A stretch of 64,000 nucleotides of DNA from Alphaproteobacteria bacterium (GTDB lineage Bacteria > Pseudomonadota > Alphaproteobacteria > GCA-2731375): the NCBI GenBank assembly GCA_965232515.1, contig CBDDPY010000002.1, positions 3,264,001 to 3,328,000 on the forward strand, in the 5' to 3' direction. Numbering within the stretch: the first letter of the stretch is position 1; every line of letters starts with the position of its first letter. This document shows, piece by piece, positions 9,483 to 20,324 of this stretch. The position numbers were made by a program, and so were the translations under genes. The notes beneath the pieces were generated by a model, which was not told the DNA's origin, ran no database searches, and saw nothing but the letters and a program-made list of their open reading frames with translations.

Positions 9483-11042
9483 ATGCAACTGACGCAGGCC
9501 CTGAAGCGGGCGGTGCAGATCAACCGCACCGGCACGGCCACACGGTTCGAGGACCGGCAATGGACCTGGGAACAGTTCGGCAATCGTGTGGCGCGGCTGG
9601 CCGCCGGCATCCGGAACCTGGGTGTTCGGGATGGCGACCGGGTGGCGATCCTGGCGCTGAACAGCGACCGTTATCTCGAGTTCCTGTTCGCCGTGCCCTG
9701 GGCCGGCGGCGTCTTCGTGCCTATCAACACCCGCCTGGCGCCGCCCGAGATCGTCTACTGGCTGAACGATTCCGGCGCGTCCGTGCTGTTCGTCGACGAC
9801 AATTTCACCGACATGCTGCCGCGCATCCGCAACGATCTTGAGAGCGTCGATCACCTCGTCTATCTCGGCGACGAGGCCGCGCCGGCCGGCATGACCCACC
9901 ACGAAAGCCTGATCGACGGTTCGGCCGCGGCCGACGATGCCATGGCCGGCGGCGACACGCTGGCCGGCATTTTCTATACCGGCGGCACCACCGGGCAATC
10001 CAAGGGCGTGATGCTGAGCCATACCAACCTGGTCAGCAACGCGCTGTTCATCGTGCCGGGCGTTGGCTTCAACCAAGATACGAACTGGCTGCACGCGGCG
10101 CCCATGTTCCACCTGGCCGACGGCTGCGCCACCATCGGCATTACCATGGTCGCCGGCAGCCATTGCTTCATTCCGAGCTTCAACCCGGACGCGGCGCTGG
10201 CCGCGATCGCGCGCTATCGCGTGACCAACAGCGTCTTCGTGCCGACCATGGTCAACATGCTGGTCAACCACCCGCGCCTTGCCGACTACGACGTGTCGAG
10301 CCTGAAGACGATGCTTTATGGCGCATCGCCGATGCCCGAAGCGGTCATCCGGCAGGCCATGCAGGTAATGCCGCAGGTGCAGTTCATCCAGGGCTACGGT
10401 CAGACCGAGGCGGCGCCGCTGATGACGCTGCTGACGGCGCGCTATCACCAGCCGGACGGCCCGCACGCCGACAAGATGACGTCGGCGGGACTGGCGGCGC
10501 TCGGCATCGAGGTCCAGATCCTGGACGAGGACGGCCACGAGTGTCCGCGCGGCACGGTCGGCGAGATCTGCGGCCGCGGCCCGAACGTCATGCTGGGCTA
10601 TTGGAACAAGCCGGAGCTGACGGCCGAGACCCTGCGGGACGGCTGGCTGCATACCGGCGACGGCGGCTATATGGATGCCGATGGGTTCCTCTACATCGTC
10701 GACCGCGTGAAGGACATGATCATCAGCGGCGGCGAGAACGTCTATTCGGCCGAGGTCGAGAATGCCGTCTATCAGCACGCGGCGGTCGCCGAATGCGCCG
10801 TGATCGGCGTGCCCAGCGACAAATGGGGCGAGCAGGTGCACGCCATCGTGCGTCTGAAGGACGGCGCCGCGCTGGACGAGGCCGGCCTGATCGCCCACTG
10901 CCATGCGCTGATCGCCGGCTATAAGTGCCCGCGCAGCGTCAGCTTCGTGACCGATCCGCTGCCGCTCTCTGGCGCCGGCAAGATCCTGAAAACCGAGCTG
11001 CGCAAGCCCTATTGGGAAGGACAGGCGAAACAGGTGCACTGA
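9483..11042 (+). CDS. Long-chain fatty acid--CoA ligase (AMP-binding family)
   Basis: YTGGTTGQSKG, YGQTE, GWLHTGD, DRVKDMIISGGENV and GKILK motifs; GGAGG RBS. Confidence 0.93.
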   Translation: MQLTQALKRAVQINRTGTATRFEDRQWTWEQFGNRVARLAAGIRNLGVRDGDRVAILALNSDRYLEFLFAVPWAGGVFVPINTRLAPPEIVYWLNDSGASVLFVDDNFTDMLPRIRNDLESVDHLVYLGDEAAPAGMTHHESLIDGSAAADDAMAGGDTLAGIFYTGGTTGQSKGVMLSHTNLVSNALFIVPGVGFNQDTNWLHAAPMFHLADGCATIGITMVAGSHCFIPSFNPDAALAAIARYRVTNSVFVPTMVNMLVNHPRLADYDVSSLKTMLYGASPMPEAVIRQAMQVMPQVQFIQGYGQTEAAPLMTLLTARYHQPDGPHADKMTSAGLAALGIEVQILDEDGHECPRGTVGEICGRGPNVMLGYWNKPELTAETLRDGWLHTGDGGYMDADGFLYIVDRVKDMIISGGENVYSAEVENAVYQHAAVAECAVIGVPSDKWGEQVHAIVRLKDGAALDEAGLIAHCHALIAGYKCPRSVSFVTDPLPLSGAGKILKTELRKPYWEGQAKQVH

Positions 11043-11086
11043 CTCCGATGGCTCTGGCCAGGCACCGCCACTAAGAGGGACAGTAC

Positions 11087-11590
11087 CTATTTCCGCGCGA
11101 GCTGCTTGACCATTTTCCAGAACGTCGGCGCGCTGTATCCGGGATGCGTGCCCTGGCCGACCTTTTCGAAGCCCAGGCGCTCGAACAGGGCGACGTTCTC
11201 GGGCAGAGCCTTCCGGGTGCTGAGGCTGAGACGGTGGCGGCCGCGCCGAGCCGCCTCCGCCGCGACGGCATCGACCAGCCGACGGGCGAGGCCCTGGTCC
11301 CGGACGACCGGATCGACGGCGAGCTTGTGTAGATAGAGGCTGTCCGGTTCCTCCCGAAAGAACACGCAGCCGATCGGACGGCCGTCCCGCTCGGCGATCA
11401 CCAGTCCGCCACTGGCGGCGTGCGCGGCGAGGCTTTCTGCCGTCTCGGCGTGCGCCGACGACGGCGGGTCGGTCTCGCGCGGCTGTAAGGCGAATGCCGC
11501 ATGCAGAACCTCCAGCACGGCATCGAACCGGTCAAAATGCCGGTCGGCCGTCGTCAACCTGATGTCGCCGGGCGTTGGATCGGCCGTCAT
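11087..11590 (-). CDS. GNAT family N-acetyltransferase
   Basis: LHKLAVDPVVRDQGLARRLV acetyl-CoA motif A; NVALFERLGF. Confidence 0.85.
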   Translation of the reverse strand: MTADPTPGDIRLTTADRHFDRFDAVLEVLHAAFALQPRETDPPSSAHAETAESLAAHAASGGLVIAERDGRPIGCVFFREEPDSLYLHKLAVDPVVRDQGLARRLVDAVAAEAARRGRHRLSLSTRKALPENVALFERLGFEKVGQGTHPGYSAPTFWKMVKQLARK

Positions 11591-11707
11591 CTGCGTTACC
11601 ACTGAGGCCTCTTTACAGACGGCATGTTAACGGCTTTTCCGCGCGGCAGGTGCTATGCTAGTGGTGCCCGCGAGCGATATTCCCGTTTCCGCAGAAGAAG
11701 ATAGCGT

Positions 11708-12679
11708 ATGACCGACAGCAGGCCTGACAAACTCGCCTCGATCGACGGCATTGCCGAGGGGCTGGCCGCGGCCGGCTATATCGCCACGCGGCAGATCTGC
11801 ACGGCCGTGCATATCGCCCGGCATCTCGACAAGCCGATCCTGGTGGAAGGGCCGGCCGGCGTCGGCAAGACGGAACTGGCGCTGGCGACATCCGGTTTCC
11901 TCGGCCTGCCGCTGGTGCGGCTGCAGTGCTACGAGGGTCTGGACGAGAGCAAGGCGCTCTATGAGTGGAAATACGGCAAGCAGCTGCTCTACACCCAGAT
12001 CTTGAAGGAGAAGCTGGCGGACCTGCTGGACGACGCCAAGGGCCTGGAGAAGTCGCTCGAGCGGCTGCACGGTTTCGACGACATCTTCTTCTCCGAGCAG
12101 TTTTTGGAGCCCCGGCCGTTGCTGAAAGCGCTGCGCGAGCCGGCCGGCGCGGTGCTGCTGATCGACGAGATCGACAAGGCGGACGAGGAGTTCGAGGCCT
12201 TTTTGCTGGAGGTGCTGTCGGCGCATCAGGTTTCGATCCCCGAGATCGGCACGGTCAAGGCGGGCGTGCCGCCGATCGCGTTCCTGACCAGCAACAACAC
12301 GCGCGAGCTGGGCGACGCCCTGAAACGGCGCTGCCTGCATCTGCATATCGACTTCCCCGACGCCCGGCTGGAGACGCGCATCGTTGAGAGCCGCGTGCCG
12401 GGCATCTCGGCGCGGCTGAAGCGCGAGTTGATCGCCTTCGTCCAGGGCTTGCGCACGATCGACCTGAAGAAGCAGCCGTCGGTCGCCGAGACCATCGACT
12501 GGGCCCGGGTGCTGCTGTTGCTGCACGCCGAGCATCTCGATGCCGAGCTGGTGCGCGACACGCTGAACGTGCTGCTGAAGTTCGAGAGCGACATCGAGGC
12601 CGCGGGCGCGCAGCTGCACGAGCTGACCCGCAAGGCGCGGCAGGAAGGCGAGCGCTTCGCCGATGCAGCCAACGCTTGA
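11708..12679 (+). CDS. MoxR family AAA+ ATPase (CoxD-like)
   Basis: Walker A EGPAGVGKT, RLQCYEGLD, Walker B LLIDEIDK, DALKRRCL. Confidence 0.93.
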   Translation: MTDSRPDKLASIDGIAEGLAAAGYIATRQICTAVHIARHLDKPILVEGPAGVGKTELALATSGFLGLPLVRLQCYEGLDESKALYEWKYGKQLLYTQILKEKLADLLDDAKGLEKSLERLHGFDDIFFSEQFLEPRPLLKALREPAGAVLLIDEIDKADEEFEAFLLEVLSAHQVSIPEIGTVKAGVPPIAFLTSNNTRELGDALKRRCLHLHIDFPDARLETRIVESRVPGISARLKRELIAFVQGLRTIDLKKQPSVAETIDWARVLLLLHAEHLDAELVRDTLNVLLKFESDIEAAGAQLHELTRKARQEGERFADAANA

Positions 12680-13997
12680 AGCCTTCGTCCGGGCGCTGCG
12701 CGGCGCCGATGTGCCGGTCACGATCGGCGAAAGCATCGACGCCGCCAAGGCGGTGGCGCATATCGGCTATGACGACCGCCAGCGCCTGAAGGACACGCTG
12801 GGCCTGATCCTGGCGAAGACGGTCGACGAAAAGCAGCGTTTCGACACCTGTTTCGAGCTGTTCTTCGACCGCGATGCGCCATCTGAATTCGAAGCTGACA
12901 TGCCGGATGGCATGCCCGGCGACGGCCCGGCCGACGACCTGCCGCTGGCGGAGATGCTGACGGAGGGCGACATGGCCGGTCTGACAGCGGCGATGGAGGC
13001 TGCTGCGGCGGCGAGCGGCGTCGCCGAGATCCGCTTCGCCAGCCAGCGCGGCCTGCTGGCCCGCCGACTGCTGGACGCCATGGGCCTGCGCGACCTGGAG
13101 GCGGCAATCGCGCAAGGCCAACGCGGCGGTCAGCCGGCGGACATGTCCCGGGCCCAGATGCTGGAGCGCGGCCGCAGCTACCTGCTGGACGAGGCCCGCG
13201 CCTATGTCGACCGGCAATACGCGCTCTATGCGGCGCCGACGAGCCGGGATTTGCGCGAGCAGTTCCTGGCCGACGCCCGGCTGAGCGCCATCCCGCGCCA
13301 TGAATTCGCGACCATGGAACGTGTGGTGCGGCGGCTGGCCAAACGCATTGCCGCCAAGCACAGCCGCCGGCACAAGCAGACCAAGCGCGGTCAGCTGGAC
13401 GTGCGGCACATGCTGCGCCGGAACGTCGGCCACGACGGCGTGCCGTTCGACATCGTCTGGAAGCACCGCAAGCGCGACCGCGCCAAGGTCGTGGCGATCT
13501 GCGACGTCAGCCGATCGGTCGCCGCCGCGGCGCAATTCCTGCTGATGTTCCTCTATGCCCTGCACGACGTGATCGCCGATATCCATGCCTTCGCCTTCTC
13601 CGACCGGCTGGTCGAGGTCGGCGGCACGCTCGACGAGCATGCCGTCGAGCAGGCGATCGAGCAGGTGCTGAAGGATATCGGTTTCGGCTCGACCGACTAC
13701 GGCCGGGCGCTGGAGGACTTCATGGACGGCTGGCCCGGCCTGATCGACCGGCGCACGACGGTGATCATCATGGGCGACGGCCGCAGCAACGACACCAATC
13801 CGCGGGTCGACCTGCTGGCCGAGATCGCCCAGCGGTCGAAGCAGTTGATCTGGCTGAATCCGGAGCCGAAGAATTTCTGGGGCAGCGGCGATTCCGAGAT
13901 GCCGCGCTACGCCCCGCATTGCCGGCTGGCGCGCACCTGCAACACCGTTAAACAGCTGGAACGCACGGTCGACGAACTTTTGCGCGCTTACGACTAG
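12663..13997 (+). CDS. VWA domain protein (CoxE-like)
   Basis: MIDAS-like CDVSRSV, GSTDYG, GDGRSN and WLNPE motifs; overlaps the MoxR gene. Confidence 0.9.
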   Translation: MQPTLEAFVRALRGADVPVTIGESIDAAKAVAHIGYDDRQRLKDTLGLILAKTVDEKQRFDTCFELFFDRDAPSEFEADMPDGMPGDGPADDLPLAEMLTEGDMAGLTAAMEAAAAASGVAEIRFASQRGLLARRLLDAMGLRDLEAAIAQGQRGGQPADMSRAQMLERGRSYLLDEARAYVDRQYALYAAPTSRDLREQFLADARLSAIPRHEFATMERVVRRLAKRIAAKHSRRHKQTKRGQLDVRHMLRRNVGHDGVPFDIVWKHRKRDRAKVVAICDVSRSVAAAAQFLLMFLYALHDVIADIHAFAFSDRLVEVGGTLDEHAVEQAIEQVLKDIGFGSTDYGRALEDFMDGWPGLIDRRTTVIIMGDGRSNDTNPRVDLLAEIAQRSKQLIWLNPEPKNFWGSGDSEMPRYAPHCRLARTCNTVKQLERTVDELLRAYD

Positions 13998-15085
13998 CCG
14001 TTGGCGAGGCCAGCAAGGCCCTTGGCCACGATCTCACGGGCGCGCGCGAAGATGTCGGCCTTCCATGGATCGTCGTCGCCGTAGAAGGCGGCGCGGATCT
14101 GCGCCTTGATGTCGCGGCCCAGCGGCGTGTCGACATCGCCGTGTAGATGCAGCCAGTTGTCGGCCCGAAGCGCGTTTAGCACGTCGAGCACGGGCACCGT
14201 GCCGTATTCCAGCGCGATGCCGGTATAGGCGGTGCCGGACGGCAGGGCCGCGGTGAAGGCATTGGAGAGCGTGCCCTGGACGACGGCGCTTTTGCTGTCG
14301 CCGACCTCCGGTGAGGTAACGTCATCGCCATACCAGTCGCGGGCACGGTGATGGTCGGCGCTGTTCGGCTGACCGACAAAAATCGGTTCGCCATAGCCGC
14401 GCGGCCCCAGGCCGGTATGAAAATCGATGAAACCGACATGGGCGCGGCCATTGACCTGACGGTCGATGATCCGGCGTAGAATCTGGTTCGACCAGACCGG
14501 CGCCTGCCCGCCGTAGAACAGGCCGTCCGCATGGCCGTACTGGCCGCCGGTCACCGCCGACTGGAACGCGAACTCGCCATGCGCCGAGATGTAGTCGTCG
14601 ATACCGCGGTCGGCGGCCGCCCGCGCCGGCCCGTCCCAGTCGGCCGGCACCACGAGCGCATGGACGGAGTCGTAGGGCTCGTTGGCCGGATGCGGGGCGT
14701 CGTGATCGATGAAGTTGCGATTGATGTCGACATTGTCCTCGTTCACGCGCCGGAGATGCGCGAATCCGAACGGATTGATGGCATGGATCAGCAGCACGGC
14801 CGTGTCGGCAGGCAGCGCATCGAGGTCGCCGCTCAGCAGCAGGCCGATCTGGGCCCCGGAACCGCAGAATCCCTCGACGCCATGGGTGGCCGAGTTGAGG
14901 ACCAGGAGCCTGGAGGCCGATTCCGGGCCCAACCAGGCGGTATCCGTGGTCAGCGCGCCGCCGTCCGGACCGGTGTTGGGATTCTCGATGCTGTCGAGGG
15001 TTGCGCCCGCAGCCGCGGCGGCGGCAAGGAACTTCTCCCGGGCCTCGGCATAGTGGGCCGAAAAAAACTCGTTTACCTTCGTCAT
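13994..15085 (-). CDS. DUF2817 / M14-like zinc metallopeptidase (copy 2)
   Basis: SATHGVEG, RRVNEDNVDINRNF, DFHTG and LEYGT motifs; 363 aa, the same length as copy 1. Confidence 0.85.
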   Translation of the reverse strand: MTKVNEFFSAHYAEAREKFLAAAAAAGATLDSIENPNTGPDGGALTTDTAWLGPESASRLLVLNSATHGVEGFCGSGAQIGLLLSGDLDALPADTAVLLIHAINPFGFAHLRRVNEDNVDINRNFIDHDAPHPANEPYDSVHALVVPADWDGPARAAADRGIDDYISAHGEFAFQSAVTGGQYGHADGLFYGGQAPVWSNQILRRIIDRQVNGRAHVGFIDFHTGLGPRGYGEPIFVGQPNSADHHRARDWYGDDVTSPEVGDSKSAVVQGTLSNAFTAALPSGTAYTGIALEYGTVPVLDVLNALRADNWLHLHGDVDTPLGRDIKAQIRAAFYGDDDPWKADIFARAREIVAKGLAGLANG

Positions 15086-15176
15086 GTTAAGTATCCCACT
15101 GACCCCGCGCGATGCCGCCGGTCATGTTAGCGTTGACCGTCGGCTCGTACGACGCAAGATTGAGGGCCCCCTGATC

Positions 15177-15992
15177 ATGGACGACGCTTCCCGCCGTCTA
15201 ACCAAAGCATACAACGATCCCGAGTTTCTGTCCGGCCGCGAAGCGCGGCCGCTGCGGATCCTGGCCGAATATCTGGAACCGAAGGCGCGGTTCGACGAAC
15301 AAGCGATCCAGGACACCATCGTCTTTTTCGGCTCGGCCCGGCTGATGGACCGCGACGCCGCGGAGGCGCGCCTGCAGGCCGCGAAGGCGGGCGACGGCGA
15401 TGTCGCCGAGGCGGAAATGCGGCTGCATCTGTCGACCTACTACGAGGCGGCGCGCGAGCTGGCGAAGCGGCTGACCAAATGGTCGATGGACCTGCCGGGC
15501 GAGACGCAGCGCTTCGTCGTCTGCACCGGCGGCGGGCCGGGCATCATGGAGGCCGCGAACCGCGGCGCGGCCGAGGCCGGCGGCAAGAATATCGGGCTGA
15601 CCATCTCGCTGCCGATCGAGGAGTTCGAGAACGCCTATGTCAGCGAGCGGCTGGGTTTCGAGTTCCACTATTTCTTCATGCGCAAGTTCTGGTTCACCTA
15701 CATGGCGAAGGCGATCGTCGCCATGCCGGGCGGCTTCGGCACGCTGGACGAGCTGTTCGAGATCCTGACCCTGATTCAGACGCTGAAGATGAAGAAAAGC
15801 CTGCCGATCGTGCTGTTCGGCGGCGAGTACTGGAACGAGGTGATCAACTTCGACGCGCTCGTGCGCTTCGGCACCATCAACGCCGACGATCTCGACCTGT
15901 TCCATCACACCGACTCGATCGACGACGCGTTCGACTACATCACCCGCGAGCTCACCGCCCACGCGCTGGACGACACCGGCCCGACGCTCTGA
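15177..15992 (+). CDS. LOG family protein (nucleotide phosphoribohydrolase-like)
   Basis: FFGSAR, TGGGPGIMEAANRGA, FHYFFMRK and PGGFGTLDE motifs. Confidence 0.92.
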   Translation: MDDASRRLTKAYNDPEFLSGREARPLRILAEYLEPKARFDEQAIQDTIVFFGSARLMDRDAAEARLQAAKAGDGDVAEAEMRLHLSTYYEAARELAKRLTKWSMDLPGETQRFVVCTGGGPGIMEAANRGAAEAGGKNIGLTISLPIEEFENAYVSERLGFEFHYFFMRKFWFTYMAKAIVAMPGGFGTLDELFEILTLIQTLKMKKSLPIVLFGGEYWNEVINFDALVRFGTINADDLDLFHHTDSIDDAFDYITRELTAHALDDTGPTL

Positions 15993-15997
15993 TGCCA

Positions 15998-16032
15998 GCC
16001 GCATTAATAGGGACACGCCCTATTAATGCGGC
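15998..16032. terminator. Perfect 15-bp hairpin between convergent genes (probable bidirectional terminator)
   Basis: GCCGCATTAATAGGG-ACACG-CCCTATTAATGCGGC between the LOG and acyl-CoA dehydrogenase stops; no U-tract. Confidence 0.6.
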
Positions 16033-16044
16033 GAACCGTGGCGG

Positions 16045-17253
<1,209 letters not shown>

Positions 17254-17318
17254 GGTCGACGTCCTCTCCTCGGATGTGCGGTCTTGGATTGATTTTGAAC
17301 CTGGGATTGCCCCTGACT

Positions 17319-17774
17319 CTAGCGGCGGGCGGCGAAAAAGTCGCGCAGCACTTTGCCGCAGGCAGCCTCGGCGATGCCGGGATAAAGCTCGGGACGGTGG
17401 TGGCAGGTGGGTTGGTGGAAGATGCGGGGGCCGTGCTCGACGCCACCGCCCTTGGGATCGGCCGCACCGTAATACAACCGCGCGATGCGGGCGAAGCTGA
17501 TCGCCTGGGCGCACATCGGACACGGCTCCAGCGTGACGTAGAGATCGCAGCCGGTCAGCCGGGGGCTGCCGAGCGCGGCGCAGGCCGCGCGAATGGCCAG
17601 CAGCTCGGCATGCGCCGTCGGATCGGCGAGCGCCTCGGTGCGGTTGCCGCTGGCCGCCAAAACCCGCCGATCCGGCCCCACGATTAGCGCGCCGACGGGC
17701 ACCTCGCCCCGCTCGGCCGCCGCCCGCGCTTCCGCCAGCGCCCGATCCATAAAGCCCTGCTTCCCTTCGGTCAT
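17319..17774 (-). CDS. tadA: tRNA adenosine(34) deaminase
   Basis: [14 protein letters not shown] and TLEPCPMC zinc motifs; divergent from rluB as is usual in alphaproteobacteria. Confidence 0.9.
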   Translation of the reverse strand: MTEGKQGFMDRALAEARAAAERGEVPVGALIVGPDRRVLAASGNRTEALADPTAHAELLAIRAACAALGSPRLTGCDLYVTLEPCPMCAQAISFARIARLYYGAADPKGGGVEHGPRIFHQPTCHHRPELYPGIAEAACGKVLRDFFAARR

Positions 17775-17846
17775 GCCGGCAACATGCGGGCGATGCTACG
17801 GCCGGTCAAGCAAGCCAGGCAGCTCGCCTTTAATGCTTTTGTGTTG

Positions 17847-17939
17847 ACCACAGAGAGCACAGAGGACACAGAGGGGGTTCAGCGGGCGCAGAGCGCCCTG
17901 AAAGCTCATTTTCTCTGTGTCCTCTGTGCTCTCTGTGGT
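17847..17939. repeat. Perfect 27-bp inverted repeat with 9-bp internal periodicity
   Basis: ACCACAGAGAGCACAGAGGACACAGAG (17847-17873) and its exact reverse complement (17913-17939). Confidence 0.9.
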
Positions 17940-17969
17940 GAAACCCTTTGAATAGCGGCCGTTATCGAG

Positions 17970-18743
17970 ATGGTTGAAGGCGAGCGGATTGCGAAGCGGC
18001 TGGCGCGGGCGGGGTTGTGCTCACGGCGCGAGGCCGAGCGCTGGATCGCCGGCGGCCGGGTCAAGGTCGACGGCAAGCGGATCGACAGCCCGGCGCTGAA
18101 CGTGACGGCGGCGAGCCGTATTCTGGTCGACGGCAAGCCGTTGCCGGACGCGGCGCCGACCGGGCTCTGGCGTTATCACAAGCCGACCGGCCTCTTGACC
18201 ACCCACCGTGATCCCGAGGGCCGGCCGACCGTGTTCGACCGGCTGCCGGCCGAGCTCGGCCGGGTGATCGCTGTCGGCCGGCTGGACATTAATTCCGAAG
18301 GCCTGCTGCTGCTGACCAACGACGGCGAGCTCGCCCGCTATCTCGAGCATCCGTCGACCGGCTGGACCCGGCGCTATCGCGTGCGCGTGCACGGCAAGCC
18401 CGAGGCCGAGGCGCTGGCGGCGCTCGCCAAAGGCGTGACCGTGGATGGCGTGAAGTACGGCCCGATCGACGCGCGGATCGACCGGGTGCAGGGCGCCAAT
18501 GCCTGGCTGACGATGGGGTTGAAGGAGGGCAAGAACCGCGAGGTGCGGCGCATCTGCGAGCATCTGGGCCTGGAGGTCTCGCGGCTGATCCGCATTTCCT
18601 ATGGCCCGTTTCAGCTCGGCGACCTGCCGCGCGGCGAGGTCAAGGCGGTGCCGCGGCGGATGCTGCGTGACCAGTTGGGTGGCCAGGCGAAACGCTTCGG
18701 CCTGGCGCCGGAAAAAGATGCGAATCGTCGGCGGAAGGCATAG
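17970..18743 (+). CDS. rluB: rRNA pseudouridine synthase (RluB/RsuA family)
   Basis: S4 domain ERIAKRLARAGLCSRREAE; catalytic GRLD motif; EGKNREVRR. Confidence 0.88.
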   Translation: MVEGERIAKRLARAGLCSRREAERWIAGGRVKVDGKRIDSPALNVTAASRILVDGKPLPDAAPTGLWRYHKPTGLLTTHRDPEGRPTVFDRLPAELGRVIAVGRLDINSEGLLLLTNDGELARYLEHPSTGWTRRYRVRVHGKPEAEALAALAKGVTVDGVKYGPIDARIDRVQGANAWLTMGLKEGKNREVRRICEHLGLEVSRLIRISYGPFQLGDLPRGEVKAVPRRMLRDQLGGQAKRFGLAPEKDANRRRKA

Positions 18744-19287
18744 GGGCCGGCGGCTTTCGGCGCCCGAGGGTCGCAACATCCGCCCGACCGCCGACCGGGC
18801 GCGCGAGGCGGTGTTCAACCTGCTGGCCCACGGGCCCTATGCCGGCGACGCCGGCCCGATGCCCGCCGGCGTCGACGTGCTGGACGCCTTCGCCGGCACC
18901 GGCGCGCTCGGCTTCGAAGCCCTGTCGCGCGGCGCCGCGCATGTCACGTTTCTTGAGCAGGATGCGGCGGCGGTGCGGCTGATCAAACAGAACGCCGCGA
19001 CGCTCGGCGAAACGCCCAATGTCTCGGTGCTGCAACGCGATGCGACCCAACCCGGCCCGGCGACGCGGCCGCACGGCCTGGCGCTGCTCGACGCGCCCTA
19101 CCGCAGCGACCTGACCGTACCGGCGCTGACGGCGCTGGCGGCGGACGGCTGGCTCGCGGCGGAAGCCGTCGTCGTGGTCGAGTTGGGCAAAGACGAGGAA
19201 CTGGATGTACCGGCAGGCTTCACGCCGGTCGACGATCGCCGCTACGGCGCCGCCCGGATGCTCCTGCTGGAATATCAGCCAAGTTAA
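18718..19287 (+). CDS. rsmD: 16S rRNA (guanine966-N2)-methyltransferase
   Basis: MRIVGGRHRGRRL, RPTADRAREAVFN, LDAFAGTGALGFEALSRGA and DAPY motifs. Confidence 0.93.
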   Translation: MRIVGGRHRGRRLSAPEGRNIRPTADRAREAVFNLLAHGPYAGDAGPMPAGVDVLDAFAGTGALGFEALSRGAAHVTFLEQDAAAVRLIKQNAATLGETPNVSVLQRDATQPGPATRPHGLALLDAPYRSDLTVPALTALAADGWLAAEAVVVVELGKDEELDVPAGFTPVDDRRYGAARMLLLEYQPS

Positions 19288-19313
19288 TGACCGAACACCC
19301 GGCTCGCTTTTTG

Positions 19314-20324
19314 TCATCCTGGCGCAGGCCAGGAGGTGGATTCACATTCGAAGTGCAACAGGTGTTCGATGAAGACCTCGGCTGGGGTTCTGTAGTCAAG
19401 GCATTTCCGCGGCGTGGTGTTGTAGGCGCGCAGGTATTGGTGCAGGCGCCGGCGGTTGAGCTCGTCGAGGTTTGTCTTTCGGGGGATGAAGCGTCGGAAG
19501 CGGCCGATGGCGTTTTCGATGCCGCCCTTCTGCCAGGGGGCATGGGGGTCGCAGAAGTAGGTTTGCATGTCGATGTGCTGGAGTTCGGTGTGGCGGGCGA
19601 ATTCGGTGCCGTTGTCGAAGGTGACGGTCTGGCGCAGGTCGGGCGGCAGGTCGGCGAACAGGGCGTGCAGGTGGTCTGCGATGGGCTGTGCGGCCTTACC
19701 CGGTGGCCGGGTGGCGAGGAGGATGCGGGAGAGACGTTCATGGCAGACGAGGATGGCCTGGCCGTAGGTCGCGAACAGCATGAGGTCGGCTTCCCAGTGT
19801 CCCGGGGTTGTGCGGTCGTCGACGTCGGCCGGGCGATCGGCGATGGGCACGCGGCCGGCGATGAAGCTGGCCGGGCTGCCGCCCCTGCGGCCGCGCCAGC
19901 CGCGTTTGCTTTTGCCGCGCGGCAGCAGCAGGCGCCAGCGGAAGTCCTGGGTGCGGGCGAGCTGGGCATAGACGAAGCGGTAGATGCTTTCATGCGAGAT
20001 GACGTGTTGGCCGGCGGTGTGGGCGAGCCGGCCGGCGACCTGTTCCGGCGACCAGCCGCGTTTGAGGCCGTCGAGGACGCGGTCGCGCAAGCTCGGATCG
20101 CGTTGCAGGCGGGGCCCGGACCAGCGCCGGGCGCGGGCCTGCTGCTGGGCATAGGCTGGCTTGTAGCCGACCTGTCGGCCGCTGTTGCGTTTCAGTTCGC
20201 GAGAGACTGTTGATGGCGCGCGATCCAGAGCTGCCGCGATTTGCCGGATCGAGCGGCCGGCGGTTTGAAGGCGGGAAATCTCACACCGCTCTTCCAGTGA
20301 CAACTGGGCGTAATCGGATCCCAT
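19314..20324 (-). CDS. IS30 family transposase
   Basis: LSLEER..SIRQIAAALDRAPSTVSRELKRN HTH, WSPEQ, SHESIY, and the DDE triad in GHWEAD / TFDNGTEF / QKGGIEN. Confidence 0.96.
   Translation of the reverse strand: MGSDYAQLSLEERCEISRLQTAGRSIRQIAAALDRAPSTVSRELKRNSGRQVGYKPAYAQQQARARRWSGPRLQRDPSLRDRVLDGLKRGWSPEQVAGRLAHTAGQHVISHESIYRFVYAQLARTQDFRWRLLLPRGKSKRGWRGRRGGSPASFIAGRVPIADRPADVDDRTTPGHWEADLMLFATYGQAILVCHERLSRILLATRPPGKAAQPIADHLHALFADLPPDLRQTVTFDNGTEFARHTELQHIDMQTYFCDPHAPWQKGGIENAIGRFRRFIPRKTNLDELNRRRLHQYLRAYNTTPRKCLDYRTPAEVFIEHLLHFECESTSWPAPG

Noticed and set aside
11708-13997. CO dehydrogenase cluster or an anti-phage MoxR system
   Set aside because: No structural cox genes and no nuclease, peptidase-effector or other defence-type genes fused or adjacent.
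8304-15085. DUF2817 copies as direct repeats bounding a mobile element
   Set aside because: Similarity is at the protein level with heavy nucleotide divergence; no recombinase or target duplication.
17847-17939. Possible CRISPR array from the CACAGAG repeats
   Set aside because: Units are 7 bp with 2-bp spacers and are arranged as an inverted pair; no cas genes.
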